Below are positions 40,122 to 49,482 of a DNA stretch of 64,000 bases, piece by piece. The translations under genes were made by a program, and so were the position numbers. The first letter of the stretch is position 1; each line of letters begins with the position of its first letter. The notes beneath the pieces were generated by a model, which was not told the DNA's origin, did not search any database, and worked only from the letters and a program-made list of their open reading frames with translations. Origin of the DNA: Escherichia phage p000y; the sequence record MK047718.1; one strand, 5' to 3'.

Positions 40122-40123
40122 AA

Positions 40124-40357
40124 TTAGAAGTCTTCTTCCTCATCCTCATCATCGTCGCCTTCAAGTTCGGCACGCTTACCTGCTAAGGCATCCCTGACAG
40201 AAATATCGTCTGTATCTTTTAATTCCGTTTCTTTTATACGTTTCTTATAATAAGCTTCCAATTCTTCAAGCCCTTCTAAGGTATGACAACTAGCAATTTT
40301 ACCCATGAATTCGTCAATAGATGCTTCGTATAAAAATTGTTTAAATTCAAGTACCAT
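40124..40357 (-). CDS. uvsW.1: UvsW.1-like small acidic protein
   Basis: 77 aa with acidic C-terminal tail, immediately downstream of uvsW. Confidence 0.7.
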   Translation of the reverse strand: MVLEFKQFLYEASIDEFMGKIASCHTLEGLEELEAYYKKRIKETELKDTDDISVRDALAGKRAELEGDDDEDEEEDF

Positions 40358-40368
40358 TTTTATCTCCT

Positions 40369-40384
40369 AAGGGCCGAAGCCCTT
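40369..40384 (-). terminator. UUCG-loop hairpin between uvsW and uvsW.1
   Basis: AAGGGC-CGAA-GCCCUU perfect stem (UUCG on minus strand). Confidence 0.55.
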
Positions 40385-41897
40385 ATAAATTAATTGTTTT
40401 CATTACATAGTTAAATTTCTCATCAGCGTAACGTTGGATACGATCAATACCGTGTTTTAACAAGTAATTAAGATGAGTATACTTCTTTTTAGTATTTAAT
40501 GATTTAGGTTTTACACCTGCATCGTCGATGAGATCCCAAACTGTAGCAACAGCTTTAGAACCATGCTTGCGAAGCACACGACCTACGGTTTGAAGTACGA
40601 TAATTTTTGATTTAACACCATGAGCAAAAATAACATGATGAAGATTCTTTACTGAAATACCAGTAGAGAATACTCCATATGATGCGACAATAATAATGCC
40701 TTTACCATTTTCTGCCATGACTTTAAGCGCGTTACGTGTTTCAGTATCAACTTCACCTGATACGTAATAAACTTTTTCGTATCCAAGCTCTTTAATAGCT
40801 TCAAATATTTCTTTACCGTGTGTAACGTGTTTAAACATTACAAAGGCGTTCTCGTCTTTCTTGGCCAATTTGACTGAAAGTTGGGCAATCCACTTTGTAC
40901 GTCGTTTTAGTCCGGTAATAATTTTAACTTCTTCTTGGTATGTTTTACCTTTTAATTTAGTGGCGAATTCGTCCGGATAACGAAGGAAAATACTATTAAT
41001 CTTAAGCTCAGTTACCTGTCCGTCTTCCATTAATTTAGACGTGCTAACAGGACGGAAGATTTCGCCGAACATACCTACGTACTGCATTACATTGGCTTTT
41101 CCGTCTCTTAATGAGCCGGATAAACCGAATTTAAACATGCAATTATTTAATCCTGAGATGATTGAAGAAATACTTTTGCCTGTTGCTAAGTGGCATTCAT
41201 CGTTCATCATCATACCGAACTGAGAGAACCATTCTTTAGGCTGCTTAACTACCGTTTGCCATGTGCCAACAATAATTGGAGCGTCGTTTTTAGATTTGTC
41301 TGCTTTATCAGCACCACCGCCAATTTTCTTAATCATCGAATGACTAAACAAGCGATAATCAACAAAATCATTAGCCATCTGGGTTGTCAATGCTGTTGTA
41401 GGGACGATAATGAGAATTTTACCTTCATAGTTCTCTAGATAATATCGAGCTAAAAGTGCTTGGATTAGTGATTTACCTGCTGATGTCGGAAGGTTTAAAA
41501 TTCGACGACGATTAACTAGTCCTTCATATACTGCATCTTTTTGATACCAATGTGGTTCGATTTTGGAGTTGCCTGAATAAATTTCTTGTTTAGAAAGCCA
41601 TGCGTCAAAATCTTCTCTGGTAAGGTCTTCGGTCTCAAAGATTTTAGGGTCAATCCATACAGAATAACTCATATTGCTACAGAACTTTTTTATTTGTCCT
41701 ACAAGGCCATATGGTAACAAACGGTTGTAATCTAAAAGACGAATTCTACCATCCCAGTTCCCATATTTGTAACGCGGGTTGAATTTGTACCCATCGGCTT
41801 CAAAGCTAAAAAAGTCGCGTAATTCATAGAACACGCTTTCGTCGCATTCAATTCTTACATGGCTAAAATCATGAAAATGTACTTTAATATCTGTCAT
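40383..41897 (-). CDS. uvsW: RNA-DNA/DNA-DNA helicase UvsW
   Basis: 504 aa; SF2 helicase motifs (PTSAGKS, DECH); matches T4 UvsW. Confidence 0.93.
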   Translation of the reverse strand: MTDIKVHFHDFSHVRIECDESVFYELRDFFSFEADGYKFNPRYKYGNWDGRIRLLDYNRLLPYGLVGQIKKFCSNMSYSVWIDPKIFETEDLTREDFDAWLSKQEIYSGNSKIEPHWYQKDAVYEGLVNRRRILNLPTSAGKSLIQALLARYYLENYEGKILIIVPTTALTTQMANDFVDYRLFSHSMIKKIGGGADKADKSKNDAPIIVGTWQTVVKQPKEWFSQFGMMMNDECHLATGKSISSIISGLNNCMFKFGLSGSLRDGKANVMQYVGMFGEIFRPVSTSKLMEDGQVTELKINSIFLRYPDEFATKLKGKTYQEEVKIITGLKRRTKWIAQLSVKLAKKDENAFVMFKHVTHGKEIFEAIKELGYEKVYYVSGEVDTETRNALKVMAENGKGIIIVASYGVFSTGISVKNLHHVIFAHGVKSKIIVLQTVGRVLRKHGSKAVATVWDLIDDAGVKPKSLNTKKKYTHLNYLLKHGIDRIQRYADEKFNYVMKTINL

Positions 41898-41902
41898 AAT
41901 AA

Positions 41903-42646
41903 TTACCTTAAACGGCCTTTAACATATCCATCTGGGATGGATAACGGATTTACTAATTTATTTATAGCCCCGTTATTTACCCATATTCTGCCGGTGGTCG
42001 TAGGTTTTACTTCACAACCCTTTCTAGATTTTCTATTAAGTTGGACCATTCCTTTTACAAATCCTTCAGGCATCGGGTCCTCGGCTGATATAAATCTGTT
42101 TTCTTTACCGTTGTTAACACAAATTTTATTTAGAGTTGTAGGATTTTTAGGACCTTTAATTTTATCAATCTTTGGCTTTCCTGTACCATACCGCCCGTGG
42201 CATGTTGGGTCTTCAGAGTATCGACGTTTATTTGTTTCAGATAGTTTTCTTTTTGTTTCTTCCGATCTGTGTTTTCCTAAAAGATTATGACCAAGCCTCT
42301 TTATTCGTTCTTTAGCACTATTAGACATTTTAATCTTATCAGCTTCGGTGTACTTATACCTTCCACCTTCACCGCCTTGGCGCATATTATAATACTCGTT
42401 AGATTTGACCAAATCCTCTGTTACTAACTGAGCTTCGTATTCTAAAGCTTCAGCGGAAGTTTCAAATTGTTTAATTATTGAACGTTTAAATGATTCTTCT
42501 CCGTATTTTTTGATAGCGCGATTTAAGGCAACACCTGACCCTAGATACGAATCATTTAAATTTTCTGTAGAATGTTTGCCAATGTACTTTTTACCATTGA
42601 TTAAATTTACGGTCTCATAAACAAAGTGATACATACTCTTTTCCAT
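41903..42646 (-). CDS. GIY-YIG homing endonuclease (Seg-like, at the T4 segE locus next to uvsW)
   Basis: Motif YHFVYETVNLINGKKYIGKH (GIY-YIG) near N-terminus; late promoter TATAAATA at 42670-42663 favours ATG 42646 (or 42634) over track start 42685. Confidence 0.75.
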   Translation of the reverse strand: MEKSMYHFVYETVNLINGKKYIGKHSTENLNDSYLGSGVALNRAIKKYGEESFKRSIIKQFETSAEALEYEAQLVTEDLVKSNEYYNMRQGGEGGRYKYTEADKIKMSNSAKERIKRLGHNLLGKHRSEETKRKLSETNKRRYSEDPTCHGRYGTGKPKIDKIKGPKNPTTLNKICVNNGKENRFISAEDPMPEGFVKGMVQLNRKSRKGCEVKPTTTGRIWVNNGAINKLVNPLSIPDGYVKGRLR

Positions 42647-42662
42647 GTAATAAATATAGTTA

Positions 42663-42670
42663 TATTTATA
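42663..42670 (-). promoter_or_regulatory. Late promoter (TATAAATA) for Seg-like endonuclease
   Basis: tatttata within cassette atagttatatttata shared with gene 19/20 promoters. Confidence 0.55.
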
Positions 42671-42683
42671 ATGAGGAAATATC

Positions 42684-43352
42684 ATGATCGATAAAGACTA
42701 TATTGAAGAGTTACGTGCTCTTTCTGATAAAAAGGAAGCCAAAGCTAAACTGTTCGAATATGCGAAACAATTTGGCATTAGTGTTAAGAAAACAAAATCA
42801 TTCGATAATATTGTTATTGATATCGAAGAAGCTCTTAACGCACTGGCTGATGAACCATTACCTGAAACCGATGGATTATCTATCACCGATTTAATTACTG
42901 CCGCAGATGATGTGGACGGTGTTAATTTCACCAACGAAGAAGTTAAAGAAGAAGCTATTCTGTTGTTTGATTCTCCAACAGAACAAGTTGAAGTATTAGA
43001 AGTTGTCGAACAAGAAAAAGAATTCGACCATGATAAATTCGAAGAAGCAATTACTCAGGTTGTTGAATCCGAAAAAGAGTCTGAGACAGAGGTAAATAAA
43101 GAAGTAAAATTTGTTCTGCCTGAAAATTTTAGTCCTACACTCATTAAATTAGGCAAAGCCCCAGGATATGTTACTGTTCCTTGGTGGATTTATCAATGGA
43201 TAGCCGAAACCCCAGATTGGAAATCTCGTCCAACCAGTTTTGTGCACGCTTCTGCTCACCAAACATTATTTAGCTTAATTTATTATATTAATCGCGATGG
43301 ATCAGTTCTAATTCGTGAAACTCGTAATTCTTCTTTCGTAACATTAAAATAA
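42684..43352 (+). CDS. inh: Inh-like protein (inhibitor of prohead protease), assigned by synteny
   Basis: 222-aa acidic ORF directly upstream of hoc, at the T4 inh position; GAGGA RBS. Confidence 0.55.
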   Translation: MIDKDYIEELRALSDKKEAKAKLFEYAKQFGISVKKTKSFDNIVIDIEEALNALADEPLPETDGLSITDLITAADDVDGVNFTNEEVKEEAILLFDSPTEQVEVLEVVEQEKEFDHDKFEEAITQVVESEKESETEVNKEVKFVLPENFSPTLIKLGKAPGYVTVPWWIYQWIAETPDWKSRPTSFVHASAHQTLFSLIYYINRDGSVLIRETRNSSFVTLK

Positions 43353-43361
43353 GGATAACTT

Positions 43362-44492
43362 ATGGCTTTTACAGTTGATATAACTCCTAAAACACCTACT
43401 GGAGTTATAGATGAGACTAAGCAGTTTACTGCTGCACCCAGTGGTCAAACTGAAGGTGGAACTATTACCTATGCGTGGAGTGTAGACGATGCTCCTCAAG
43501 TAGGATCGGCAGAAACTTTTGATTACGTGTTAAAAGGACCTGCTGGAACAAAAACAATTAAAGTTGTTGCAACAAATACTATTCCTGATACTGACGCTGA
43601 AACAGCAGAAATTACTACGACTATCACGGTTAAAAATAAAACTCAGTCAACTACGTTGGCAGTAACTCCCAATAGTCCTTCAGCTGGAGTAATTGGAACT
43701 CCAGTTCAATTTACTGCTGCCTTAGCTTCTCAACCGGCTGGAGCGTCTGCTACGTATCAGTGGTATGTAGATGATTCACAGGTTGGCGGAGAAACTAACT
43801 CTACATTTAGCTATACTCCAACTACAAGTGGAGTAAAAAGAATTAAATGTGTAGCCCAAGTAACTGCGACAGATTATGATGCAAAGGAAGTTACTTCGAA
43901 TGAAGTATCATTAACGGTTAATAAGAAGACAATGAATCCACAGGTTACATTGACTCCTCCTTCTATTAGCGTTCAGCAAGATGCTTCGGCTACATTTACG
44001 GCTAATGTTACGGATGCTCCAGAAGAAGCGCAAATTGCGTATTCATGGAAGAAAGATTCTTCTCCTGTAGAAGGGACAACTAATGTATATACCGTTGATA
44101 CCTCGTCTATTGGAAGTCAAACTATTGAAGTTACTGCAACTATTACTGCAACTGATTACGATAGCAAAACTATTACAGCAGAAGGTCAAGTTCAAGTAAC
44201 CGATAAAGTTGCTCCAGAACCAGAAGGTGAATTACCTTATGTCCATCCTCTTCCACATCGTACTTCAGCTTACATCTGGTGCGGTTGGTGGGTTATGGAT
44301 GAAATCCAAAAAATGACTGAAGAAGGTAAAGATTGGAAAACTGAAGATCCAGATAGTAAATACTACCTGCATCGTTACACTCTTCAGAAGATGATGAAAG
44401 ACTATCCGGAAGTTGATGTTCAAGAATCACGTAATGGATACATCATCCATAAAACTGCTTTGGAAACTGGTATCATCTATACATATCCATAA
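43362..44492 (+). CDS. hoc: Highly immunogenic outer capsid protein Hoc
   Basis: 376 aa, MAFTVDITPKTPTGVIDETKQFTAAPSGQT... with Ig-like repeats; matches T4 Hoc closely. Confidence 0.95.
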   Translation: MAFTVDITPKTPTGVIDETKQFTAAPSGQTEGGTITYAWSVDDAPQVGSAETFDYVLKGPAGTKTIKVVATNTIPDTDAETAEITTTITVKNKTQSTTLAVTPNSPSAGVIGTPVQFTAALASQPAGASATYQWYVDDSQVGGETNSTFSYTPTTSGVKRIKCVAQVTATDYDAKEVTSNEVSLTVNKKTMNPQVTLTPPSISVQQDASATFTANVTDAPEEAQIAYSWKKDSSPVEGTTNVYTVDTSSIGSQTIEVTATITATDYDSKTITAEGQVQVTDKVAPEPEGELPYVHPLPHRTSAYIWCGWWVMDEIQKMTEEGKDWKTEDPDSKYYLHRYTLQKMMKDYPEVDVQESRNGYIIHKTALETGIIYTYP

Positions 44493-44496
44493 TCGT

Positions 44497-44514
44497 AAGG
44501 GGCTTCGGCCCCTT
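44497..44514 (+). terminator. UUCG-loop terminator after hoc
   Basis: AAGGGGC-UUCG-GCCCCUU then U-rich. Confidence 0.75.
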
Positions 44515-44587
44515 TCTTCGTTTTTAAAGCATACAAAACACAACTTGAGATTGATGTATATAATGGCACAAACCAAATAATACGGGA

Positions 44588-44788
44588 TTGATTATGAGAG
44601 CTGAAGTTGAAGTTTATACATTACATGAGGCGGGATTTTCATTCGTAGAAATTGCTCAAAAAATTGGTTTACAACCTAAAGAAGTTGGATTACTATGGAC
44701 TAAAGCCGAGACAGCTCGGTCAAAGTTTAAAGCAAAAGAAAAAGTTGTATACCGTAAACGTTTGATTAACAAAAAGGTGAAGAAATGA
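44588..44788 (+). CDS. Hypothetical small protein with possible helix-turn-helix
   Basis: 66 aa; segment FSFVEIAQKIGLQPKEVG looks HTH-like; basic C-terminus. Confidence 0.45.
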   Translation: MIMRAEVEVYTLHEAGFSFVEIAQKIGLQPKEVGLLWTKAETARSKFKAKEKVVYRKRLINKKVKK

Positions 44789-45036
44789 GTTTTGCACAGG
44801 AATTAAGAGAAAGGGCACTGGCCACTAAAGCTAATTTGTTGAGTGATTTTATTACTAACTTCTCTGTGATGGCAGAGAAAGCCGCTGACAAAGGCCAGAC
44901 ACAATTCACGTACTACCCGTCAAAGAACGATTTAACTATAACTGAACAAGTCGGTCAATGGCTTCGTGATAACGGCTTTCAGTACAAAATTAATCACGAC
45001 CAGCGTGATGGTCATTGGATAGAAATCAAGTTCTAA
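44785..45036 (+). CDS. Hypothetical protein (24.2/24.3 position)
   Basis: 83-aa ORF. Confidence 0.45.
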   Translation: MSFAQELRERALATKANLLSDFITNFSVMAEKAADKGQTQFTYYPSKNDLTITEQVGQWLRDNGFQYKINHDQRDGHWIEIKF

Positions 45037-45064
45037 TATGCTTTACATTTTTTGATGGTATAAT
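45037..45064 (+). promoter_or_regulatory. Putative MotA-dependent middle promoter upstream of rnlB
   Basis: MotA-box-like aTGCTTTAc with TATAAT 13 nt downstream. Confidence 0.45.
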
Positions 45065-45155
45065 GAATCTAGGTTCTATCCATTCAAATTAAACATCTGG
45101 TCAGAGACAGAGTCTCTGCTAATTATTTTGATATTATTATTTATAATGGTGATTT

Positions 45156-46154
45156 ATGTTTAAGAAATACAGCAGTCTTGAAAACCACTACAACTCTAAG
45201 TTTATTGAAAAACTCTACACTAATGGTTTGACTACTGGTGTTTGGGTAGCACGTGAGAAAATCCACGGGACTAACTTCTCGTTAATAATTGAACGTGACA
45301 ACGTCACATGCGCCAAGCGCACAGGCCCTATTCTTCCAGCAGAAGATTTTTATGGTTATGAAATTGTACTCAAGAAGTATGATAAAGCTATTAAAGCCGT
45401 TCAGGAATTCATGTACACAGCTCGAGCCGTATCATATCAAGTATTCGGTGAATTCGCTGGTGGTGGAATCCAGAAAGGTGTTGACTACGGTGAAAAAGAT
45501 TTTTATGTGTTCGATATCCTTATCAATACAGAAAGTGGTGATAATACGTATTTGACCGATTACGAAATGCAAGATTTCTGTAATGAATTCGGTTTTAAAA
45601 TGGCACCAATGCTTGGTCGTGGCACATTTGATGCTCTTATCATGATTCCAAACGACCTTGATTCCGTCTTAGCCGCTTATAATGCTACTGCGTCAGAAGA
45701 CCTTGTAGAAGCAAATAATTGTGTATTTGATGCTAATGTTATTGGAGATAATACGGCAGAAGGTTATGTTCTGAAGCCTTGTTTCCCTAAATGGCTGCCA
45801 AACGGTACTCGTGTAGCTATTAAGTGCAAGAACTCTAAATTCAGTGAAAAGAAAAAGTCTGATAAGCCTATTAAAACTCAGGTTCCATTAACCGAAATTG
45901 ACAAAAACTTGCTTGATGTTCTAGCTTGTTATGTTACATTAAATCGTGTTAATAATGTGATTTCTAAGATTGGGACTGTAACGCCAAAAGATTTTGGCAA
46001 AGTGATGGGATTGACTGTTCAAGATATTCTGGAAGAAACTTCTCGTGAAGGTATTGTATTAACATCATCCGATAATCCGAATCTTGTTAAGAAAGAATTA
46101 GTCCGAATGGTGCAAGATGTTCTGCGTCCTGCATGGATTGAATTAGTATCATAA
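45156..46154 (+). CDS. rnlB: RNA ligase 2
   Basis: 332 aa, [65 protein letters not shown] matches T4 Rnl2. Confidence 0.95.
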   Translation: MFKKYSSLENHYNSKFIEKLYTNGLTTGVWVAREKIHGTNFSLIIERDNVTCAKRTGPILPAEDFYGYEIVLKKYDKAIKAVQEFMYTARAVSYQVFGEFAGGGIQKGVDYGEKDFYVFDILINTESGDNTYLTDYEMQDFCNEFGFKMAPMLGRGTFDALIMIPNDLDSVLAAYNATASEDLVEANNCVFDANVIGDNTAEGYVLKPCFPKWLPNGTRVAIKCKNSKFSEKKKSDKPIKTQVPLTEIDKNLLDVLACYVTLNRVNNVISKIGTVTPKDFGKVMGLTVQDILEETSREGIVLTSSDNPNLVKKELVRMVQDVLRPAWIELVS

Positions 46155-46158
46155 CGAA

Positions 46159-46187
46159 AAAGGGACCGTAAGGTCCCTTTTTTTTTC
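46159..46187. terminator. Bidirectional terminator between convergent rnlB and gene 24
   Basis: AAAGGGACC-GUAA-GGUCCCUUU flanked by A5 and T9. Confidence 0.8.
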
Positions 46188-46189
46188 AT

Positions 46190-47473
46190 TTATTCATCTA
46201 TAATAATTTTAGGCAATTTAACACCGAGTAAAACAGACAAGTCTGAACGTCCCGCCATTTTATCCATGTCCCCGCCATCAATTACTCTCGCTTCTTTTTC
46301 ATCTTTTGCTACTGTGTAAGGATTTGCTGATAAAGCATATCTAACCAATAATCCAATAGACGGTTGCAAGCTTTCCGGATCAACTACAACTTTAAATGCA
46401 CCAACATGTTCCGGGTCATCTAAATCTACTCCTTCAGTGTATGGAGCATAAAAGATGGACCCTACAATTTCTTTTTCGCCGATATTTTCTACAACACCCA
46501 CAATAACATAATCTAATGGACTGTTGGTATCGCAGTAAAGAGGTAATCCATTTGCCAAGAATCCATAAGCATTTTGTGAAAGATACTTGTCATCTTCTGG
46601 CTTATGTTTTAACCAACCAGAAGCAGCAAGAATAGCAGCTGCACGAGCTGAGGCTACACAAAACGTTGCAGTATAAGTTGTCTCTTTTTGAATGTGTGAT
46701 ACCATTTCACACACCATTCGATATAATGAACGACCTGCTTCTGGAGCGGATGCATAGCTCAAGTCAATAAATCCGGTGTCAGTAATTCCAGTAACTTTAT
46801 AACGTTTCGATACAGTAATTAAAGACTGAAGAATATCTTTATTAATTTCATCAGCCATTTCAGTAGCAAGCAAATCTTCTAAGAAGTTAGGGGCATCAAA
46901 TCCATTCGCTTCCAAATCTTGCGCTAATTCAACCGTGAGGCCAGTTTTAAGTTTACGAGATTTGACTGAAGTTTGCCATTTATTAATCTGGAATCTTGCA
47001 TCAGAAATTTCGCTATCAGAGCTTTCAAATTTGCTTGTTACCGCTGCATCTGAAAATAACCGTACCTTTAAATGAACGACTGCAATCTGAAGAGCTAATT
47101 CTAGATCACTTTCTTGAATATCTGCAAATGGTGTATCTTCTAACACTTTATAGACGATATTATTATATTTGAAAAAATCACCTTTATTTAGTGTGACTTT
47201 TGATTCTTCTGTGAGCTCAGTAATTTTTTCTCGGTCTACATATCCAACTTCGCCAGCATAAGTAGCACCGGTTTTAAATGTGAATTCGTTATCTGGGTTA
47301 AGATATTTGATACCATAAAAAGCAGCAACAGGTTGATTAGTTCTTTGTGTTGCTACAATGTCAGAATATACTAATTTAGTCGTAGCGCGAGTCAAAGCAA
47401 CGAGATTTGGGCGACCAATTGAGTTGCTAGTAGACGTTGTAGATTCACGCAATAATTTTTGGATTTTACTCAT
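46190..47473 (-). CDS. 24: Capsid vertex protein gp24
   Basis: 427 aa, same as T4 gp24; late promoter upstream. Confidence 0.93.
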   Translation of the reverse strand: MSKIQKLLRESTTSTSNSIGRPNLVALTRATTKLVYSDIVATQRTNQPVAAFYGIKYLNPDNEFTFKTGATYAGEVGYVDREKITELTEESKVTLNKGDFFKYNNIVYKVLEDTPFADIQESDLELALQIAVVHLKVRLFSDAAVTSKFESSDSEISDARFQINKWQTSVKSRKLKTGLTVELAQDLEANGFDAPNFLEDLLATEMADEINKDILQSLITVSKRYKVTGITDTGFIDLSYASAPEAGRSLYRMVCEMVSHIQKETTYTATFCVASARAAAILAASGWLKHKPEDDKYLSQNAYGFLANGLPLYCDTNSPLDYVIVGVVENIGEKEIVGSIFYAPYTEGVDLDDPEHVGAFKVVVDPESLQPSIGLLVRYALSANPYTVAKDEKEARVIDGGDMDKMAGRSDLSVLLGVKLPKIIIDE

Positions 47474-47500
47474 TGCATTTTTTCCTTATGTGATATAGAT

Positions 47501-47508
47501 TATTTATA
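47501..47508 (-). promoter_or_regulatory. Late promoter (TATAAATA) for gene 24
   Basis: tatttata 28 nt upstream of gene 24 ATG. Confidence 0.65.
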
Positions 47509-47514
47509 AAGATT

Positions 47515-47544
47515 GTTTACAACGTATTTGGTATGTGATACTAT
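47515..47544 (+). promoter_or_regulatory. T4 early promoter for orphan ORF 47575
   Basis: GTTTAC-N18-TACTAT, leader tcaactacagaggag. Confidence 0.6.
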
Positions 47545-47574
47545 AGACTTATCAACTACAGAGGAGTAAACAAA

Positions 47575-47844
47575 ATGACTAAAGCACGTTTCTTACGAGA
47601 TACTTTAAAAGTTCTGGAAGCTGAAGCAGTTAAGTTAGTAGAAAAATATGGTGCAAAAGTTAATGGTAATGCCTTCAACAAAGTATGGATGAAAGTTGAT
47701 TCTGAAGCTCGAGCTAAAGGTTATTGGGCCACTGATAAACTTGCATCATTCAAAAACAAAGATGGTTCTCCGGCATATGTCCAAGAAGGTATGCCTAATT
47801 GGCAAAATATTTTGAAAACTTACATCGAAATTGCACAGAAATAA
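47575..47844 (+). CDS. Hypothetical orphan early protein between genes 24 and 23
   Basis: 89-aa ORF on the strand opposite the flanking late genes; own early promoter (47515-47544), GAGGAG RBS, tetraloop terminator. Confidence 0.6.
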   Translation: MTKARFLRDTLKVLEAEAVKLVEKYGAKVNGNAFNKVWMKVDSEARAKGYWATDKLASFKNKDGSPAYVQEGMPNWQNILKTYIEIAQK

Positions 47845-47854
47845 AACCAAAAAT

Positions 47855-47872
47855 GGGAGACCGAAGTCTCCC
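47855..47872. terminator. Tetraloop hairpin GGGAGAC-CGAA-GUCUCCC (gene 23 terminator on minus strand; also ends orphan ORF on plus strand)
   Basis: Same element as 472-489; A/U-rich flanks both sides. Confidence 0.75.
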
Positions 47873-47896
47873 AAAATAAGATTTAATCAATTAAGA

Positions 47897-49465
47897 TTAG
47901 ATGCCTTTTACATATACACGGCGGAAGTAAGCGTTCTTACCAAGGCTGTTCAGGATAGATGGCATACCGGACTGGATGCGAGCACCTGGAGCCTGCAGGG
48001 AACTTTCAGCAAACGGGTTAACACCGATACCGTAACGAGTTTTAAAGCCCATTACCGGTTGGAAGTTCTTAGGATCGGAACCACGCAGTGGGGTAAGTGC
48101 AACGTAAGGAGCATAGTAAATACCTGCATCCATTTCGTTAGCGCCTTTGTAACCAACGGTGAAGTAATCCTGTTTAGCATACTGGTCGATGTATACGCGG
48201 TATTTACCACCAAGTACACCGGCAAATACAGATTTAGTAGTGTCGGTATTAAAACCAGAAGCCAGGCCCTGTGCAGCGTAAGAAATACCAGTATCAACTG
48301 AAGCCAGTACGTTAACTACGTTACGGGAAGCGATAATGAAGTTACCTTCACCACGTCCGGTTTGACGAGCAATTTCAACTGCTTCTTTATCAATCTGGAA
48401 CAACAGAGATTTAAAGCTTTCACCGGCCCAACGAGCACCACGGATATCAATCGGGTCCTGGAAGTCAAATACACCGGCTTTAGAACCCGGAGTCAGGGTC
48501 ATACCAGATTTACCAACCTGTGCAGAGTAGTTAATCCAATCAACAACTTCACGGTTGATTTCTAGCATAATTTCCGTAGCCAGAATACCGCTCAGTTCAG
48601 CATCAGCATCCATACCGTGTACTGCACGGAGGTCTTGTGCTAATTCGATAGAGTAAGCAGCTTTCAGCTGGCGAGATTTAGCTTCGATAACTTGTTTATC
48701 GATACGGAAGCCCATTTCATTCCATGGGTTATCGGTAGAACCGTTGAAACCTTCCTGGAGTTCAGCGATAGAAGTAGCCATACCTTCAGCGATTTCTACC
48801 AGTGCACCAGCTTCCATTTGTTTCTTAACTTCTGCATCTAATTTAGCTGCATCAGTTGCACCAGAATCAAGTGTTACGACAGCAGAAGCTTGCAGATATA
48901 CAGTACCAGTTTCTTGGAAGAAGTGAGTATAGATATCACCTACAACAGTAGTAGTGTCAGCAGCCAGAGCTGGGAATTTCTTAGCAGCACCCTGACCAGA
49001 GAACATCGCGTCTGGGGCATACATCGGATGGAAAGCTTCTTTAGCGCCAGCAGCGATAGGGTCTTTACCATATACTGCACGGAGAGCAAATACCTGACCG
49101 GTAGGGCTGTTCATAGGCTGAACACCACAAATATCAAAAGCGATCAGATTAGGAATAGCACGACGAACCATACCCATAACTGCCGGCCCAATTTGGGTTA
49201 CTGCACCAGAGGTTTGACCTGCTGCGATGTTCTGAGCATTATAACCGTGGTCACCACCAATTTCAGCTTCGGTCAAGAAAGAACCAAATGCCTGAGCGAT
49301 TTTCTCGTCTTTATATTCAGGGGATACTTCGAAATCTTTTTCCTGGTTTTCGAAGATTTTAGCGATAATAGCCTGCTTGCTATTAGCGATTTCCGGCAGG
49401 CCTTCACCTTCCAGCAGTTCTTTCCATTTGTCTACGAGCTGAGCTTTAGTTTTGATAGTAGTCAT
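47897..49465 (-). CDS. 23: Major capsid protein gp23
   Basis: 522 aa, MTTIKTKAQLVDKWKELLEGEGLPEIANSKQ... matches T4 gp23. Confidence 0.97.
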   Translation of the reverse strand: MTTIKTKAQLVDKWKELLEGEGLPEIANSKQAIIAKIFENQEKDFEVSPEYKDEKIAQAFGSFLTEAEIGGDHGYNAQNIAAGQTSGAVTQIGPAVMGMVRRAIPNLIAFDICGVQPMNSPTGQVFALRAVYGKDPIAAGAKEAFHPMYAPDAMFSGQGAAKKFPALAADTTTVVGDIYTHFFQETGTVYLQASAVVTLDSGATDAAKLDAEVKKQMEAGALVEIAEGMATSIAELQEGFNGSTDNPWNEMGFRIDKQVIEAKSRQLKAAYSIELAQDLRAVHGMDADAELSGILATEIMLEINREVVDWINYSAQVGKSGMTLTPGSKAGVFDFQDPIDIRGARWAGESFKSLLFQIDKEAVEIARQTGRGEGNFIIASRNVVNVLASVDTGISYAAQGLASGFNTDTTKSVFAGVLGGKYRVYIDQYAKQDYFTVGYKGANEMDAGIYYAPYVALTPLRGSDPKNFQPVMGFKTRYGIGVNPFAESSLQAPGARIQSGMPSILNSLGKNAYFRRVYVKGI

Positions 49466-49482
49466 TTGTGTTAACCTTTAAA

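Noticed and set aside
48890-49474. 194-aa plus-strand ORF antisense to major capsid gene 23
   Set aside because: Embedded in the highly conserved gene 23 on the opposite strand; low-complexity translation; no signals.
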